Shown here: positions 13,078 to 26,220 of the stretch, piece after piece | Numbering within the stretch: the stretch's first letter is position 1 | How the letters are laid out: every line of letters begins with the position of its first letter | Assembly: GCA_964016885.1 (NCBI GenBank) | Contig: OZ024759.1 | Coordinates: forward strand, 16,616,001 to 16,680,000 | Direction: 5' to 3' | Length of the DNA stretch: 64,000 nt | From: Eledone cirrhosa | Taxonomy: Eukaryota | Position numbers and translations under genes: made by a program | The notes under the pieces: model-generated | Told to the model about the DNA's origin: nothing | What the model saw: only the letters and a program-made list of their open reading frames with translations | Databases searched by the model: none

Positions 13078-14458
13078 GTGACATCCTCTCTAATGCTGGT
13101 GGCATCGTAAAATGCGCCCAGTTCACTCTGTAAAGACAATATATGATAGAGGACTGTCCTGTTTGGTCAAACATATGACATCCTCTCTAATGCTGGTGGC
13201 ATCGTAAAATGCGCCCAGTTCACTCTGTAAAGACAATATATGATAGAGGACTGTCCTGTTTGGTCAAACATATGACATCCTCTCTAATGCTGGTGGCATT
13301 GTAAAATGCGCCCAGTTCACTCTGTAAGGACAATATATGATAGAGGACTGTCCTGTTTGGTCAAACATATGACATCCTCTCTAATGCTGGTGGCATTGTA
13401 AAATGCGCCCAGTTCACTCTGTAAAGACAATATATGATAGAGGACTGTCCTGTTTGGTCAAACATATGACATCCTCTCTAATGCTGGTGGCATTGTAAAA
13501 TGCGCCCAGTTCACTCTGTAAGGACAATATATGATAGAGGACTGTCCTGTTTGGTCAAACATATGACATCCTCTCTAATGCTGGTGGCATCATAAAATGC
13601 GCCCAGTTCACTCTGTAAAGACAATATATGATAGAGGACTGTCCTGTTTGGTCAAACATATGACATCCTCTCTAATGCTGGTGGCATTGTAAAATGCGCC
13701 CAGTTCACTCTGTAAGGACAATATATGATAGAGGACTGTCCTGTTTGGTCAAACATATGACATCCTCTCTAATGCTGGTGGCATTGTAAAATGCGCCCAG
13801 TTCACTCTGTAAGGACAATATATGATAGAGGACTGTCCTGTTTGGTCAAACATATGACATCCTCTCTAATGCTGGTGGCATCATAAAATGCGCCCAGTTC
13901 ACTCTGTAAAGACAATATATGATAGAGGACTGTCCTGTTTGGTCAAACATATGACATCCTCTCTAATGCTGGTGGCATTGTAAAATGCGCCCAGTTCACT
14001 CTGTAAAGACAATATATGATAGAGGACTGTCCTGTTTGGTCAAACATATGACATCCTCTCTAATGCTGGTGGCATCGTAAAATGCGCCCAGTTCACTCTG
14101 TAAAGACAATATATGATAGAGGATTGTCCTGTTTGGTCAAACATATGACATCCTCTCTAATGCTGGTGGCATTGTAAAATGCGCCCAGTTCACTCTGTAA
14201 AGACAATATATGATAGAGGACTGTCCTGTTTGGTCAAACATATGACATCCTCTCTAATGCTGGTGGCATTGTAAAATGCGCCCAGTTCACTCTGTAAGGA
14301 CAATATATGATAGAGGACTGTCCTGTTTGGTCAAACATATGACATCCTCTCTAATGCTGGTGGCATTGTAAAATGCGCCCAGTTCACTCTGTAAAGACAA
14401 TAGATGATAGAGGTCTGTCCTGTTTGGTCAAACATATGACATCCTCTCTAATGCTGGT
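13078..14458. repeat. 97-bp minisatellite, ~14 copies
   Basis: acatcctctctaatgctgg recurs at 13081, 13178 ... 14439. Confidence 0.95.
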
Positions 14459-15307
14459 CTCATGCACCTAATACACTCTGTAAAGAGGTAGTGCTGGTGT
14501 CATGATAAAATGCACTCAGTATACTCTGTAGTGCTGGTCTCATGATAAAATGCGCCCAGTACACTCTGTAAACTGGTAGTGCTGGCATCATGATAAAATA
14601 CACCTAGTACACTCTGTAAAATGGTAATACTGATGTTGTGATGAAATGCACCTAGTACACTCTGTAAAGAGGTAATGCTGATGTCATGATAAAATGCATC
14701 TAGTACATTCTGTAAAGTGGTAGTGCTGATGTTGTGATGAAATGCACCCAGTACGCTCTGTAAAGTGGTAGTGCTGGTGCTACAAATGGAATGTTCTGAA
14801 GAGAGATGGAATGTGAGGGTTCGGTATTGTGTTGAAGAAGCATGGAAGTGATTGGGTCGAAGGAATAGATCCAATCTTACCATGAAAAGCAATGTGAAAT
14901 GAAATGTCTTGCTCAAGGTCACATCATGCTGCTTACTCCAGGAATCAAACAAACATCCTTATGATTATGAGTCTAACCACATGCCACAAGCAAGACGTAG
15001 TTGCCTTACCTGTCTAACCTCAGTATGTGACAGCCCCTCTAACCCATGCAAGCATAGAAAATATACATTAAACGATATATATAATTGAAATTAAAAGATA
15101 TATGTATATATATATGTAGAGAGAGAAAGAGCTGTATATCGCTTGAGAAACATAGTATTTTGTACATATATGTAAAGCATATAATATTTAGGAAATATTT
15201 GAGCTATTCTACTGAGAAATATGATCATCATACATATATATATGTTACGATACCTTAACTTAGTATATATATATATAAGGAAAAAACCACAAACCCTCCA
15301 TCTCAAT

Positions 15308-15350
15308 TCTACTTTTGAAAAGCACAAGAACTGTGAAACCGGTAAAGGAA
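15308..15350 (+). ncRNA. Hammerhead-like motif with U3-A8 core variant
   Basis: ctt TTGAAAA gca caagaac tgt GAAA ccgg TA aag; same motif at 48686-48721 (+) and in that element's inverted arm (-). Confidence 0.5.
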
Positions 15351-15698
15351 CCAAATAAATATTCTTAAAAAGAATCCAGTTGCATTTTCGACTTCATCTT
15401 TTTTCCTTATACTTTCACTTGTGTAGGACGTCTCGTTTTTTTTTCATTTTGTAAAAAAAACCCCTCATTTTCTAATATATATATATATATATATAGTGCA
15501 TGGCCCTGCTTCAGTACTGGCTTGGTCTATGTAGACCCAACCAACCCTTACTAGCAGAGAAAATGGATGTTAAATGATGATGATGATCAGATCTGGTATA
15601 AAATGCCATTGCAGTATTTATTCTGAGAATGAGGTGTTTGGGATGATAATCACGATGATGATAAATGATAGCCTTGTTTTGTCTTTATTTATTTTCAG

Positions 15699-15855
15699 TG
15701 AGTGGGCGAAGTAGTGCATATGGAGATGGAGCTCATGAAAGTACTGCCACTGGAGCTCGAAGTGAAACTAGTAGTGTAGGGGCACCAAGTGGATCAATGC
15801 CACCTGAACTTGGGGAAGTTTTAGACACAGAAACTGACCATGACACCACTTACAG
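15699..15855 (+). CDS. UBR4: UBR4 exon 12
   Basis: SGRSSAYGDG..TDHDTTYR; ttcag / gtatta. Confidence 0.92.
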
Positions 15856-16104
15856 GTATTATTACTTCATTGCTAATTAGAATTGTATTTACATACACCA
15901 CACAATACAATAAAAGTAGCTGACGAATTGGCAGAGTCGTTAGAACATCACACAGAATATATTGTGGCTCTTCATACTTTCTGAGTTGAAATCATGCTGA
16001 GGTCAATTTTGTCTTTTATCTTTTGGAGGTCTAGTACTGGGGTCAATTCTTCCTCTATATCTCTTTCTCACTTCTTCTATATAACTCTGTTCATGCTGTT
16101 CCTT

Positions 16105-16306
16105 TCTCAGTCGACATAATCATCCCTTCCTTCCTCAGTCGATGTAATCATCCCTTCTTTCCTCAGTCAATGTAATCATCCCTTCCTTCCTCAGTCGATG
16201 TAATCACCCTTTCCTTCCTCAGTCGATGTAATCATCCCTTCCTTCCTCAGTCGACGTAATCATCCCTTCTTTCCTCAGTCGATGTAATCACCCTTTCCTT
16301 CCTCAG
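16105..16306. repeat. 28-bp minisatellite, ~7 copies
   Basis: cctcagtcgatgtaatcatcccttcctt. Confidence 0.9.
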
Positions 16307-16831
16307 TTATCTCTAGTGTGTAACAGACAAATACACATGGCTTTTATTATATTAGTAGAAAGGCAGTGGATTGGCCGCCATGCTTTGCAGCATAGATTTA
16401 CGCCCCTTTATGATCTGAGTTCAAATCCCGCTGAGGTTAACTTTGCGGTGAATTGGCAGTATCAATAGAGGGTTGGACGCCATGCTTTCTAGCATAGTTA
16501 CGTCCCTTTAAGGTCTGAGTTCAAATCTCACACCGAGGTTAACTTTGCCTTTCATCCTTACGGGGTTGATAAAATAAAGTACCAGTAATACATAGGGTAA
16601 TTGCTGGCCTTGTGCCAAAAGTAGAAACAATTTTATTTGTAGAGATTATTTCAAAGCCATAGGCTGTGTATTTATTTCATTAGAAATATAGAAACAGAAG
16701 GGTTAAAATTGGACAATATTTTTTAATCCATGTTATTATTATGTCTTGTTTGATGTAGACAGTCCTATTTCTTTTATATGCTTTTATATATTTTTACATA
16801 TTTATATATATATATATATTTTTTTTTCAAG

Positions 16832-16928
16832 GTTACATTCTCTTCGTTTGATGTTAATGGAACAACTTATGCAACATTTCCATGAGCTACGTGAAGTAGG
16901 TGGTGTACGAGCAATTCCATTTATGCAG
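16832..16928 (+). CDS. UBR4: UBR4 exon 13
   Basis: LHSLRLMLMEQL..VGGVRAIPFMQ; tcaag / gtgaga. Confidence 0.94.
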
Positions 16929-17796
16929 GTGAGAAGTTGTGTTTCTTGTTTTTAACCTTTTAGCATTTAAACTGGCCATATCCAGCCAGAATTCTCTTAC
17001 TTCTTTCTGTACAAACTGGCTGTAACTGGCTGCTCAGACTGATGTTAAGTTATTGTTCTCAAAATAGATAACATAAAAATCTCATAGATTTGATATTATG
17101 AGAGATAATTATGTGAGATAAAGCTTTTACAGTGAAAATATAATAATAGCTATAGAGTAATATAGATGCTAAAGGATTAATTCTTTTTCAGTGTGAATGG
17201 TGCAGTGGAGTAGTGATGGAATGGTGGAGTAGGGTTTAGAAGGAGGAAGACACTGAATTTCAGAGGATGATTGAGAACAGAGCCAGTAATGAATGTTAAG
17301 AAATATGGAATGACATGGCTGGGTAATGTGATGAGGAAGGATGAAAGTGACTGAGTGAGAGGAATAGAGCCAGTGATGAACATTGTGGAAAGAAATGGAA
17401 TGAGATAGTTGGGTCATGTGTTGAGGAAAGATGAAAGGGATTGGACGAGAGCAAAAAGCGCCCAGCACACACTGTAAATGTGGTTGGCATTAGGAAGGGC
17501 ATCCAACCGTAGAAACCAAACCAAATCAGTTCTGTGTCCCTTGACCTGATCTCTCACAAAGGGACAGCCCGTCCTACCCATGCTAGCGTGGAAGATGGGT
17601 GTTATACAATGATGATGAATGTTGTGGAAAGAAATGGAATGATATGGTTGGGTCATGTGTTGAGAAAGGATGAAAGTGATTGGGAGAGAGGAATATAGCC
17701 AGTGATGAATGTTGTAAAGGGAAATGGAATGAGATGGCTAGGTCTTGTGTTGAGAAAGGATGAAATCAATATTTATATTTTGTTTCTCTTTTCTAG

Positions 17797-17904
17797 GTTG
17801 TTCTTATTCTCACTGCTGATCTTGATAATGAGGAAGAAAAAGACCGTGCTGCACTGGACAGCTTACTAACTACTATGTTGAAAGAGATGAATTTTCCAGG
17901 AAAA
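17797..17904 (+). CDS. UBR4: UBR4 exon 14
   Basis: VVLILTADLDNEEEKDRAALDSLL..; tctag / gtaata. Confidence 0.93.
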
Positions 17905-18942
17905 GTAATATAATTTTATCAGTGTTTCATTTTGTGGGTTGAGAGGGCTCTTGCTTTTCAGTTGTGTCAAGGACATGACAACCTCCCTAGGGCTGGTTGC
18001 CTTGATAAAACACACCCAGTACATTCTGTAAAGTGTTTAGTGATTGGAAGGGCCTCCAACCATAGAAACCTTGCTGAACAAAGCATTGAGAGGACACTTC
18101 AGTTGTGTTAAGAACATGACAACCTTCCTTAGGCTTGTGCTGCAAAAACACACCCAGTACACTCTGAAAGGGGTCTGGTGTTTGGCAGGGCTTCCAACCA
18201 AGGACATCATAACCTCTTTAGTGTTGGTGCTGTGTTAAAACACACCCAGTGCACTTTGCAAGGGGGTTGGTGTTACGAAGGGCTTCCAGCCGTAAAAACC
18301 TTGCCAAAAAGGGTTGAGAGGACACTTTAGTGGTTGGTGGTAGGAAGAGCATTCATTTAAAAAAAAACTTCATTAACAAAGGGTCATAAGGACTGTTCAG
18401 TTGTGTCAAAAACATGACAATGTCCCTAGTGCTGGTGTTAAAATAAAATGCACCCAGTGCACTCTGTAAGGTGGTCATACTGCTTCCACAATAAAAAGTA
18501 CTCAGTCCATCCTGTAAGGTGGTCATACTGGTGCCACAACAAAAAAGTATCTGGTCTACCTTTTTAGTTGGCAATGCTGGTGCCACAAAAAAAAGCACCC
18601 AGTCCACTCTGTATAAAATGGTTGTTGTTAGAAAGGGCATCTAGCTGTAGAAAACCAAGCCAAAAATGGGAATGTATGAACGAGATGTTGGCATCTATCC
18701 TGTCTAGTCTCATAACATGACAGCCCATCAAACCCATGCAAAATGCATGTTATACGATGATGATGATAGTGGTGACAAGACAATGATAACTTAGATAGGT
18801 TTCGGCAAGTATTGGCCCAGGCCATGTCTAACTTAATAGCACCACCTGGCTATGACACGTTTTCAAAATAATTTCCTATTCAGTTCCAGGAAACATTTGC
18901 ACATGTTCATGGAGGTTTCTTCCTTTTTTCTTTTTATTCTAG

Positions 18943-19056
18943 GAATTGGACCACATTTCTGAAAGATCAAAATACCATGAGGTGAAGTTAGCCTTATTAA
19001 GACTTTTCAGTGTTTTATTGTCTCGCACCAAGGCTGGCACCAGATCAACATCCGAG
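18943..19056 (+). CDS. UBR4: UBR4 exon 15
   Basis: ELDHISERSKYHEVKLALLRLFSVLLSRTK..; tctag / gtaaat. Confidence 0.93.
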
Positions 19057-19860
19057 GTAAATAAAACCCCTACCCTTCTCCTCTTTTTAAATCCCTACCC
19101 ACTCAACGTCTGAAGTAAATATATCCCTTACCTGCTTCTCTCTCTCTAAACTCCTTCCACTTCTCTCTCTAAACCCCTACTCATTCCCCTCTCTAAACCC
19201 CTACTCATTCCCCTCTCTAAACCCTTACTCATTCCTCTCTCTAAGCTTCTACTCAGTCCTTTCTAAATTCCTCCCATTCATCTCTCTAAACCCCTCCCAC
19301 TCCTCTCTCTAAATCCCTACCCACTTGCTCTCTAACATGAATGGCCAGGGGATTTGTACCTTGAAAGTTTCCCCCGGGACACAAGCCCGGGCAATGTTGT
19401 TCGTGGAAGACCAGCAGCCGCCCATGCATACCTGTCTCCTCATTGGCTGATATCTCTTGGGACCTGTGACATCGCACCTCATTTCTACAGCTGAGTAAAC
19501 TGGAGTAACACGAAATAAAGTGTCTTGCTCAAGGACACAGCGCGAATCGAACTCAACTTCACAATTGCAAGCGCAAAGCCCTAACCACTAAGCCATGCAC
19601 CTTCACATATATTTATAAGCACCCAGTACACACTGTAAATGTGGTTGGCATTAGGAAGGGCATTCAGCTGTAGAAATCTAGCCAGAAACAGTTCTGTATG
19701 AGCAGGATACAGTCACCTGACCCAACCTGCCTCAAATGGGACAACCCATCTAACCCATGCTAGCGTGGAAGGTGGACATTAAAAAGTGATGATGATGAAA
19801 ACTAATAACCAGATTCTTTGCATTTTTTACTAAATACTTTGTCTTTGTTTGTCTTTGCAG

Positions 19861-19977
19861 AACTCCTTTATTAACCTCAATGCTGCCAGTGCCTTGTTAG
19901 CCTGTGGGGCCATTGATTACTGTTTGACTGCCCTCCATAACCTCTTACCATATTGGAAGCAGTATAGTGGGGATGAG
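19861..19977 (+). CDS. UBR4: UBR4 exon 16
   Basis: NSFINLNAASALLACGAIDYCL..YWKQ; tgcag / gtaaga. Confidence 0.93.
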
Positions 19978-20783
19978 GTAAGAAATAAATCCTTAACCCT
20001 TTTCCAATTGATTCGAACCTCCATCTACAATAGAAGACTGTTTTATTTTGAAATGTTTATATTTATCTAAAACTTTCCATTATAATTTTATGTAAGAATT
20101 TTCATCTTTATGGGGGGTCGATAAAATAAAGCACCAGTAATGCACTGGGGTAATTGCAGGCCTTGTGCTAAAAGTGGAAACAATTACAATTTTATGTAAG
20201 AATCTTTAGATTATGTTCTGAAGTCCAACTAAGTTTTTTTTATACCAAACTACCTAAAACTATCCCTGATTCTACAATACATTGGATAAAGGTTTAACTC
20301 TTTAGCATTTAAACTGACCTTATCTGACCAGAATTCTCTCCCCTCTTTCTGTTTAAACCGGCTGTAACTGGCTGCTTATACTGGTGTAAAGGTATTGTTC
20401 TCAAAATAAATATCAAAATCTCATATATTCGTTATTATTTGAGGTAATTATGTGAGGTAAAGCCTTTACCACGAAAATACAATAGTATATATAGAGTAAT
20501 ATAAATGTTATGTGAGGTATTATGTGAAGTAAAGCCTTTACCACGAAAATACAGTAGTATATATAGAGTAATGTAAATGCTAAAGGGTTAACAGTATTTC
20601 TTCTGGCTCTATATGTTCTGAGTTCAAACCCAGCTAAATTTAACTTTGACTTTCATCCTTCCAAGGTCAATAAAAATAAAGTACCAGTTAAATATTGGGG
20701 TCAATATAATCAACTTTTTCCCTTCTCTGAAATTGCTGGCCTTATTTTATTTTTCTGCTTATTTTTCTTCTGTTTTTCTTCAG

Positions 20784-20951
20784 GATGAAGGCTCTAATCT
20801 CCCAGGTCAACTGTTGAAACCCCACCCAATGTGGCCACCCCCGGATATGACACCTTTCTTCTTGAGACCATATGTCAAAGGTCATGCTAATGATGTCTTT
20901 GAGGATTACCCCCAGTTGCTGACTGAAATGGTGCTTAGGCTTCCATACCAG
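20784..20951 (+). CDS. UBR4: UBR4 exon 17
   Basis: QLLKPH..PPDMTPFFLRPYVKGHANDVFEDYPQLLTEMVLRLPYQ. Confidence 0.95.
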
Positions 20952-23031
20952 GTATTTTTTAAACTAATATTCTCATTTCTCTTGTTAATCATAGTTGGAG
21001 TGGGGTTGGATTTTTTAATTAACCCATTAGCATTTAAACTGGCTGTATCTGGCCAGAATTCTCTCACCTTTTTCTGTTCAAACCGGTGAAAATCCGGCCA
21101 CTCATATTGATGTTAAGATATTGTTCTCAAAATAAATGATATCAGAGTCTCATAGATTCGATATTGTGTGAGATAATTATATAAGATAAAGTGTTTACCA
21201 TGATAATACAATATTAAATATAAAGCAATGTAAATACTAAAGGGTTAAATAATGTAGGATGTTGTGGAGTTTGCTTGAAGTATTGCGGAGAGTACAGAAA
21301 CCTGGAAGTATGGGAATCCCAAGGAAATTTCAGTGAAATACATCTTCTAACATTGTAAATGTGGTTGGTGTTAGGAAGGGTATCCAGCTGTAGAAACCAA
21401 ACCAAAATCAGTTCTGTGTGAGCGAATCATAGTCCCCCAACCTGATCTCTCACAAAGGGACAGCTCATCCTATCCATACTAACGTGGAAGATGGACATTA
21501 AACGCTGATGATGATGATGATGATGATAGACGGAGAAAAGGTAGCCAGCAGCCACTTTTCCATAGCAGCTGCTGGCTGTTTTTTTTCTTCTCTAAACTAT
21601 TATTTATAGTGATTGACTATCATTATATTTATCTTCTGCGTTTGGGATTCCCATCCATTCAAATTTCACATCGTTTAGCACTTTGATAATTCATTAAATA
21701 GAAAATAGTATTTTAGAAAACTTAGTGAGATTGTCATGGTTCTAAAACAGCTGAGGAGTCCGATGAATATATTAAATCTTCTATGTTTCCAAGCTTGGGT
21801 TTTGTGCCAAACTCTAGAATTTGTCATCACTGCCAACTCGCTGTTGGTTTGGTGATTCACTCCACCGCCTGTGAGATGAATTTGTCTGCTGTGTAGTCAT
21901 GTCAGAGATCCTTCCGGAATGGTATAAACAATGAGGTGGGTTGTTGAAAATCTGGGTTGGCAGGCACAAGTTACACCTTGGCCCTCATGTATGTGGTGTC
22001 AATGTTTGAATCATGACCGACTGACAATATCCAAAGTATATGGTTCCTCTGTGTTCAGACCTAGTGTACATGTGTGTCTACCCTCGACACTTACTGTTGG
22101 GTTTCTAAATAATCATACATAGATATTAAAAAACGTACTGCCCCATCTGGTAATAATGTGGAATTTCTTAACAACAACAAGGACGGTGGATTGACAGTAT
22201 TAGTGAGCGTCAGACACCATGCTTCTCAGCATAGTTATGGCCCTTTACGTTCTGAGTTCAAATCCCACCGTGGTTAACTTTGCCTTTCATCCTTACGGGG
22301 TCGATAAAATAAAGTACCAGTAATACACTAGGGTAATTGCTGGCCTTGTGCCAAAAGTAGAAACAATCAATTAACAACAATTTATTACATAACACTATTT
22401 TTCAGGTAATTATTAAAGTATTTAAGTCTAATACTAGAAATTTTCATAAGATTATGTTGAAAAGTAAAGATGCTATAAAGTTGTATCTTGAGTCAATATC
22501 TGATCCTCACATATATGGCGTTCACTGTTTGAATCATGACTGACTGGCAATATCCAAAGTTATTATATCTTGAGTTAGAGCAGTGGATTGGCAGCATTGG
22601 TAGAGCGTCAGACACCATGCTTTGTAGCATAGAGTTATGGACCTTTACATTCTGATTTCAAATCCTGCTGAGGTTAGCTTTGCCTATCATCCTTACGAGG
22701 TCAAAAAAATAAAGCACCAGTAATGCACTGGGATCGATTTAATCGACTTTCCCTTCCCCAAAATTGCTGGCCTTGTGCCTATAGTAGAAATCATTTTACC
22801 TTGACTTCATATCTGGTCCTCACATATGTTTGTAATACTGTGGATTCACTGGTCAAAGCTGACCAACTCTTCCTGGGTGAACACCTACACAGGTAGAAGT
22901 ACCATACGTGAGCAGTCTCTACTTGTGACGCAATGAATGCACTAGTTGTAACCAGCCTAACTCATCCTGGGTGAATGCCAACAGAAATACAATAAATAAA
23001 TATCTACTTTGATTAGCAGGGAAAATGGACT

Positions 23032-23249
23032 TTAACCCTTTAATGTTCAAACCAGCCAAAATTCTCTACTTCTTTCTGTTGAAACTGGCTGTAACTGGTT
23101 GCTCAAACTGATGTTAAGGTATTGTTCTCAAAATAAATACTTTCAAAATCTCATAGATTCGACATTACGTGAGATAATTATGTGAGATAAAGCCTTTACC
23201 ATGAAAATATAATAGTATATATAGAGTAATGTGAATGCTAAAGGGTTAA
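23032..23249. mobile_element. TTAA-flanked MITE (piggyBac-like), ~220 bp
   Basis: Terminal inverted repeats with family consensus TTAACCCTTTAGCATTTA..TAAATGCTAAAGGGTTAA. Copies at ~1680, 5675, 6138, 7753, 16951, 20293, 21019, 27085, 32762, 35439, 41894, 50283, 53984, 61018, 61631, in both orientations. Confidence 0.8.
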
Positions 23250-23361
23250 ACAAAGATGATGATGATGATGATGATTTTTCTCTCTTCTCTGTATAAGGAA
23301 TCAATAATTATTTGATGTTTTTTAATATCATTTATTTATCTATCTATTTGTTTATTTATAG

Positions 23362-23439
23362 TTGAAAAAGATTGCTGACTCAAATAATGGAATTCCAGCT
23401 CCGGTCTTTGAAGAGGGTTGGTTCACTATACTTTCGGAA
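23362..23439 (+). CDS. UBR4: UBR4 exon 18
   Basis: LKKIADSNNGIPAPVFEEGWFTILSE; tatag / gtgagt. Confidence 0.92.
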
Positions 23440-23442
23440 GTG

Positions 23443-24295
23443 AGTAGTATGTCTACATTGACTAATATCTGTGTATATACCACAAGCCTAGTAGTATGTC
23501 TACATTGACTAATATCTGTGTATATACAACGAGCCTAGTAGTATGTCTACATTGACTAATATCTGTGTATATACAACAAACCTAGTAGTATGTCTACATT
23601 GACTAATATCTGTGTATATACCACAAGCCTAGTAGTATGTCTACATTGACTAATATCTGTGTATATACAACAAACCTAGTAGTATGTCTACATTGACTAA
23701 TATCTGTGTATATACAACAAACCTAGTAGTATGTCTACATTGACTAATATCTGTGTATATACAACAAACCTAGTAGTATGTCTACATTGACTAATATCTG
23801 TGTATATACAACAAACCTAGTAGTATGTCTACATTGACTAATATCTGTGTATATACAACAAACCTAGTAGTATGTCTACATTGACTAATATCTGTGTATA
23901 TACAACAAACCTAGTAGTATGTCTACATTGACTAATATCTGTGTATATACAACAAACCTAGTAGTATGTCTACATTGACTAATATCTGTGTATATACAAC
24001 AAACCTAGTAGTATGTCTACATTGACTAATATCTGTGTATATACAACAAACCTAGTAGTATGTCTACATTGACTAATATCTGTGTATATACAACAAACCT
24101 AGTAGTATGTCTACATTGACTAATATCTGTGTATATACAACAAACCTAGTAGTATGTCTACATTGACTAATATCTGTGTATATACAACAAACCTAGTAGT
24201 ATGTCTACATTGACTAATAGCTGTGTATATACAACAAACCTAGTAGTGTCTACATTGACTAATAGCTGTGTATATACAACAAACCTAGTAGTTTG

Positions 24296-24300
<5 letters not shown>
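23443..24300. repeat. 47-bp minisatellite, ~18 copies
   Basis: agtagtatgtctacattgactaatatctgtgtatatacaacaaacct. Confidence 0.95.
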
Positions 24301-24342
<42 letters not shown>

Positions 24343-24501
24343 TAAATAGTTAGGGCTCGATGGCTGACCTCAAGCCGTTTCAACAGCATGTAGATATCCA
24401 CACGCCTTTAGATCACCATGAGCTCAGCAGTCAGACACTAACTATTTACAATATATACACTCTATTTTCTCAAGTATTGAGTACTTAGCTGAACATGGTC
24501 T

Positions 24502-24556
<55 letters not shown>

Positions 24557-24698
24557 GGAGTTACTAGTTTAGACTATATATATATATTATACTTTGGGAG
24601 GGTCATGCTGCAATAAAAACACCAGCACCTGTTGGTTTCACCTCAATTTATAAATTTCTGGTAGGTTGGTTCAATAACCAGATGGTTGTTTATATATT

Positions 24699-24741
24699 GT
24701 CAAAGCTCTTTCGTCACACATTCTGTGACCTTTTCAGTGAC
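24699..24741 (-). ncRNA. Degenerate hammerhead (G8A), paralog of 57249
   Basis: Minus strand: gtca CTGAAAA ggtcac..gtgac GAAA gagc TT tgac. Confidence 0.45.
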
Positions 24742-24828
24742 TGATTTCTTATATATATATATATATTTGTATCTACAAAGGTTTGTTCTAATTTATGTAT
24801 TCAACTAAATATTTTGCTGTTTTTCCAG

Positions 24829-24876
24829 TACATGATGACACCTCAAACACCTAATGTGAAGAAGCAAGTCAGAAAA
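24829..24876 (+). CDS. UBR4: UBR4 exon 19 (48 nt)
   Basis: YMMTPQTPNVKKQVRK; tccag / gtgagt. Confidence 0.92.
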
Positions 24877-25217
24877 GTGAGTATAAATACATTGATTTCC
24901 TGTTTACTTTATCTGTACATAAATTTCTGCGATTCTATCACAACACGTAAAGAGAGAGGAGTAGTTTAACTACCTGATACTACTATATGTTTGTGTGTAT
25001 ATTTGTATATGTGTATGTATAAAGCACCCAGTCCACACTGTAAATGTGGTTGGCATTAGAAAGGACATCCAGCCATAGAGACCAAGCCAAAATCAGTTCT
25101 ATATGAGCAAGACACGGTCATCTGATCAGGATTGTCTCACAATGGGACAACTCATCTAACTCATGCTAGCATGGAAGAGTTGACTCTAAGCAGTGTTGAT
25201 GATGATGATATATATAT

Positions 25218-25868
25218 CGAGGCACGTCTCTAAAATTGTCAAGAGGGCCGAGGGTGTCTTAGCATCACTCAGCAAGACCTTTGTCAGCCGCTCTCCAGAT
25301 ATCTATTTAAGGCTGTATACAGCTATGGTGCGACCACACTTAGAATTTGCATCACCAGTCTGGAACCCCTATCTTGCTCAGGACATTGACCGCTTGGAAA
25401 CTGTTCAGAGACGTGCAACCAAGCGAATACCCTCCATCAGGCATCTACCATACTCTGAGCGCCTTGCTTCCCTGGGCATGGATTCATTGAAGCTCCGACG
25501 CCTGGCAACTGACTTGGTAAACACCCAAAAAATTGTTAACCATGTTGCCAACAACAACCCTGAGTACCTTTTTGATTTCCATGTGTCTAACACACGTGGG
25601 CATGCCCACAAAGTAAGAAAACAGCACAGTTCCCATGACTTTCGGAAACATTTTTTCACGCTCAGAGTTGCTGAAGCATGGAACAAACTACCTGCATCGA
25701 GACACTGCATCCTTTAAGGCCTCCATGCTTCCTGAGATCCGCCAACACTACAGCTAACACATACACACATGTACTTCCCTGACATTTGTGTATTATTCTA
25801 TGTACTATACATACACCTTGACGAGTTGTAGTGCACCTGAGCACTTTACACAATAATTTCATTATTAT
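25218..25868 (+). mobile_element. 5'-truncated CR1-clade LINE 3' end
   Basis: ORF LYTAMVRPHLEFASPVWNPY..DRLETVQRRATK..YSERL..RRL..TRGH is typical of the CR1/L2 ORF2 C-terminus; (ATT)n tail. Confidence 0.88.
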
Positions 25869-25986
25869 ATATATATATTCTAGCATAAATACTGCCAAAG
25901 GTGCAGTATTTCTGCTACTTATAATATATTTATTTGCCTAATTCCGTTTTTTTTTTTACATTTTTTTTTTCTTTTCATCTATTTAG

Positions 25987-26163
25987 TTGCTACTTTTCAT
26001 CTGTGGTTCCAAAGAGAAATATCGCCAACTACGAGACCTACACGCACTTGAATCTCATCTAAAATCAGTTATGGAGATCTGCCATAAAAGTGGTTTAGAT
26101 GTAACAGCTGCCGATATGTTCCTTGGCACTATTATATTACCATACGATACACTTCTAACAATG
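25987..26163 (+). CDS. UBR4: UBR4 exon 20
   Basis: LLLFICGSKEKYRQLRDLHALESHL..LPYDTLLTM. Confidence 0.95.
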
Positions 26164-26186
26164 GTAATGTATTCTTTAGTCTACTG

Positions 26187-26220
<34 letters not shown>

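Noticed and set aside
13078-14458. CRISPR-like appearance of regular repeats
   Set aside because: Units are contiguous and nearly identical with no unique spacers; eukaryotic intron with no cas genes
12985-15698. Possible microexon between exons 11 and 12 (vertebrate protein seems a few residues longer here, from memory)
   Set aside because: The exons already join in frame and I found no convincing AG-GT microexon; RNA-seq would be needed
21745-21800. CTGAGGAGTCC resembling a hammerhead 5' half
   Set aside because: No matching GGAC-GAAA half downstream
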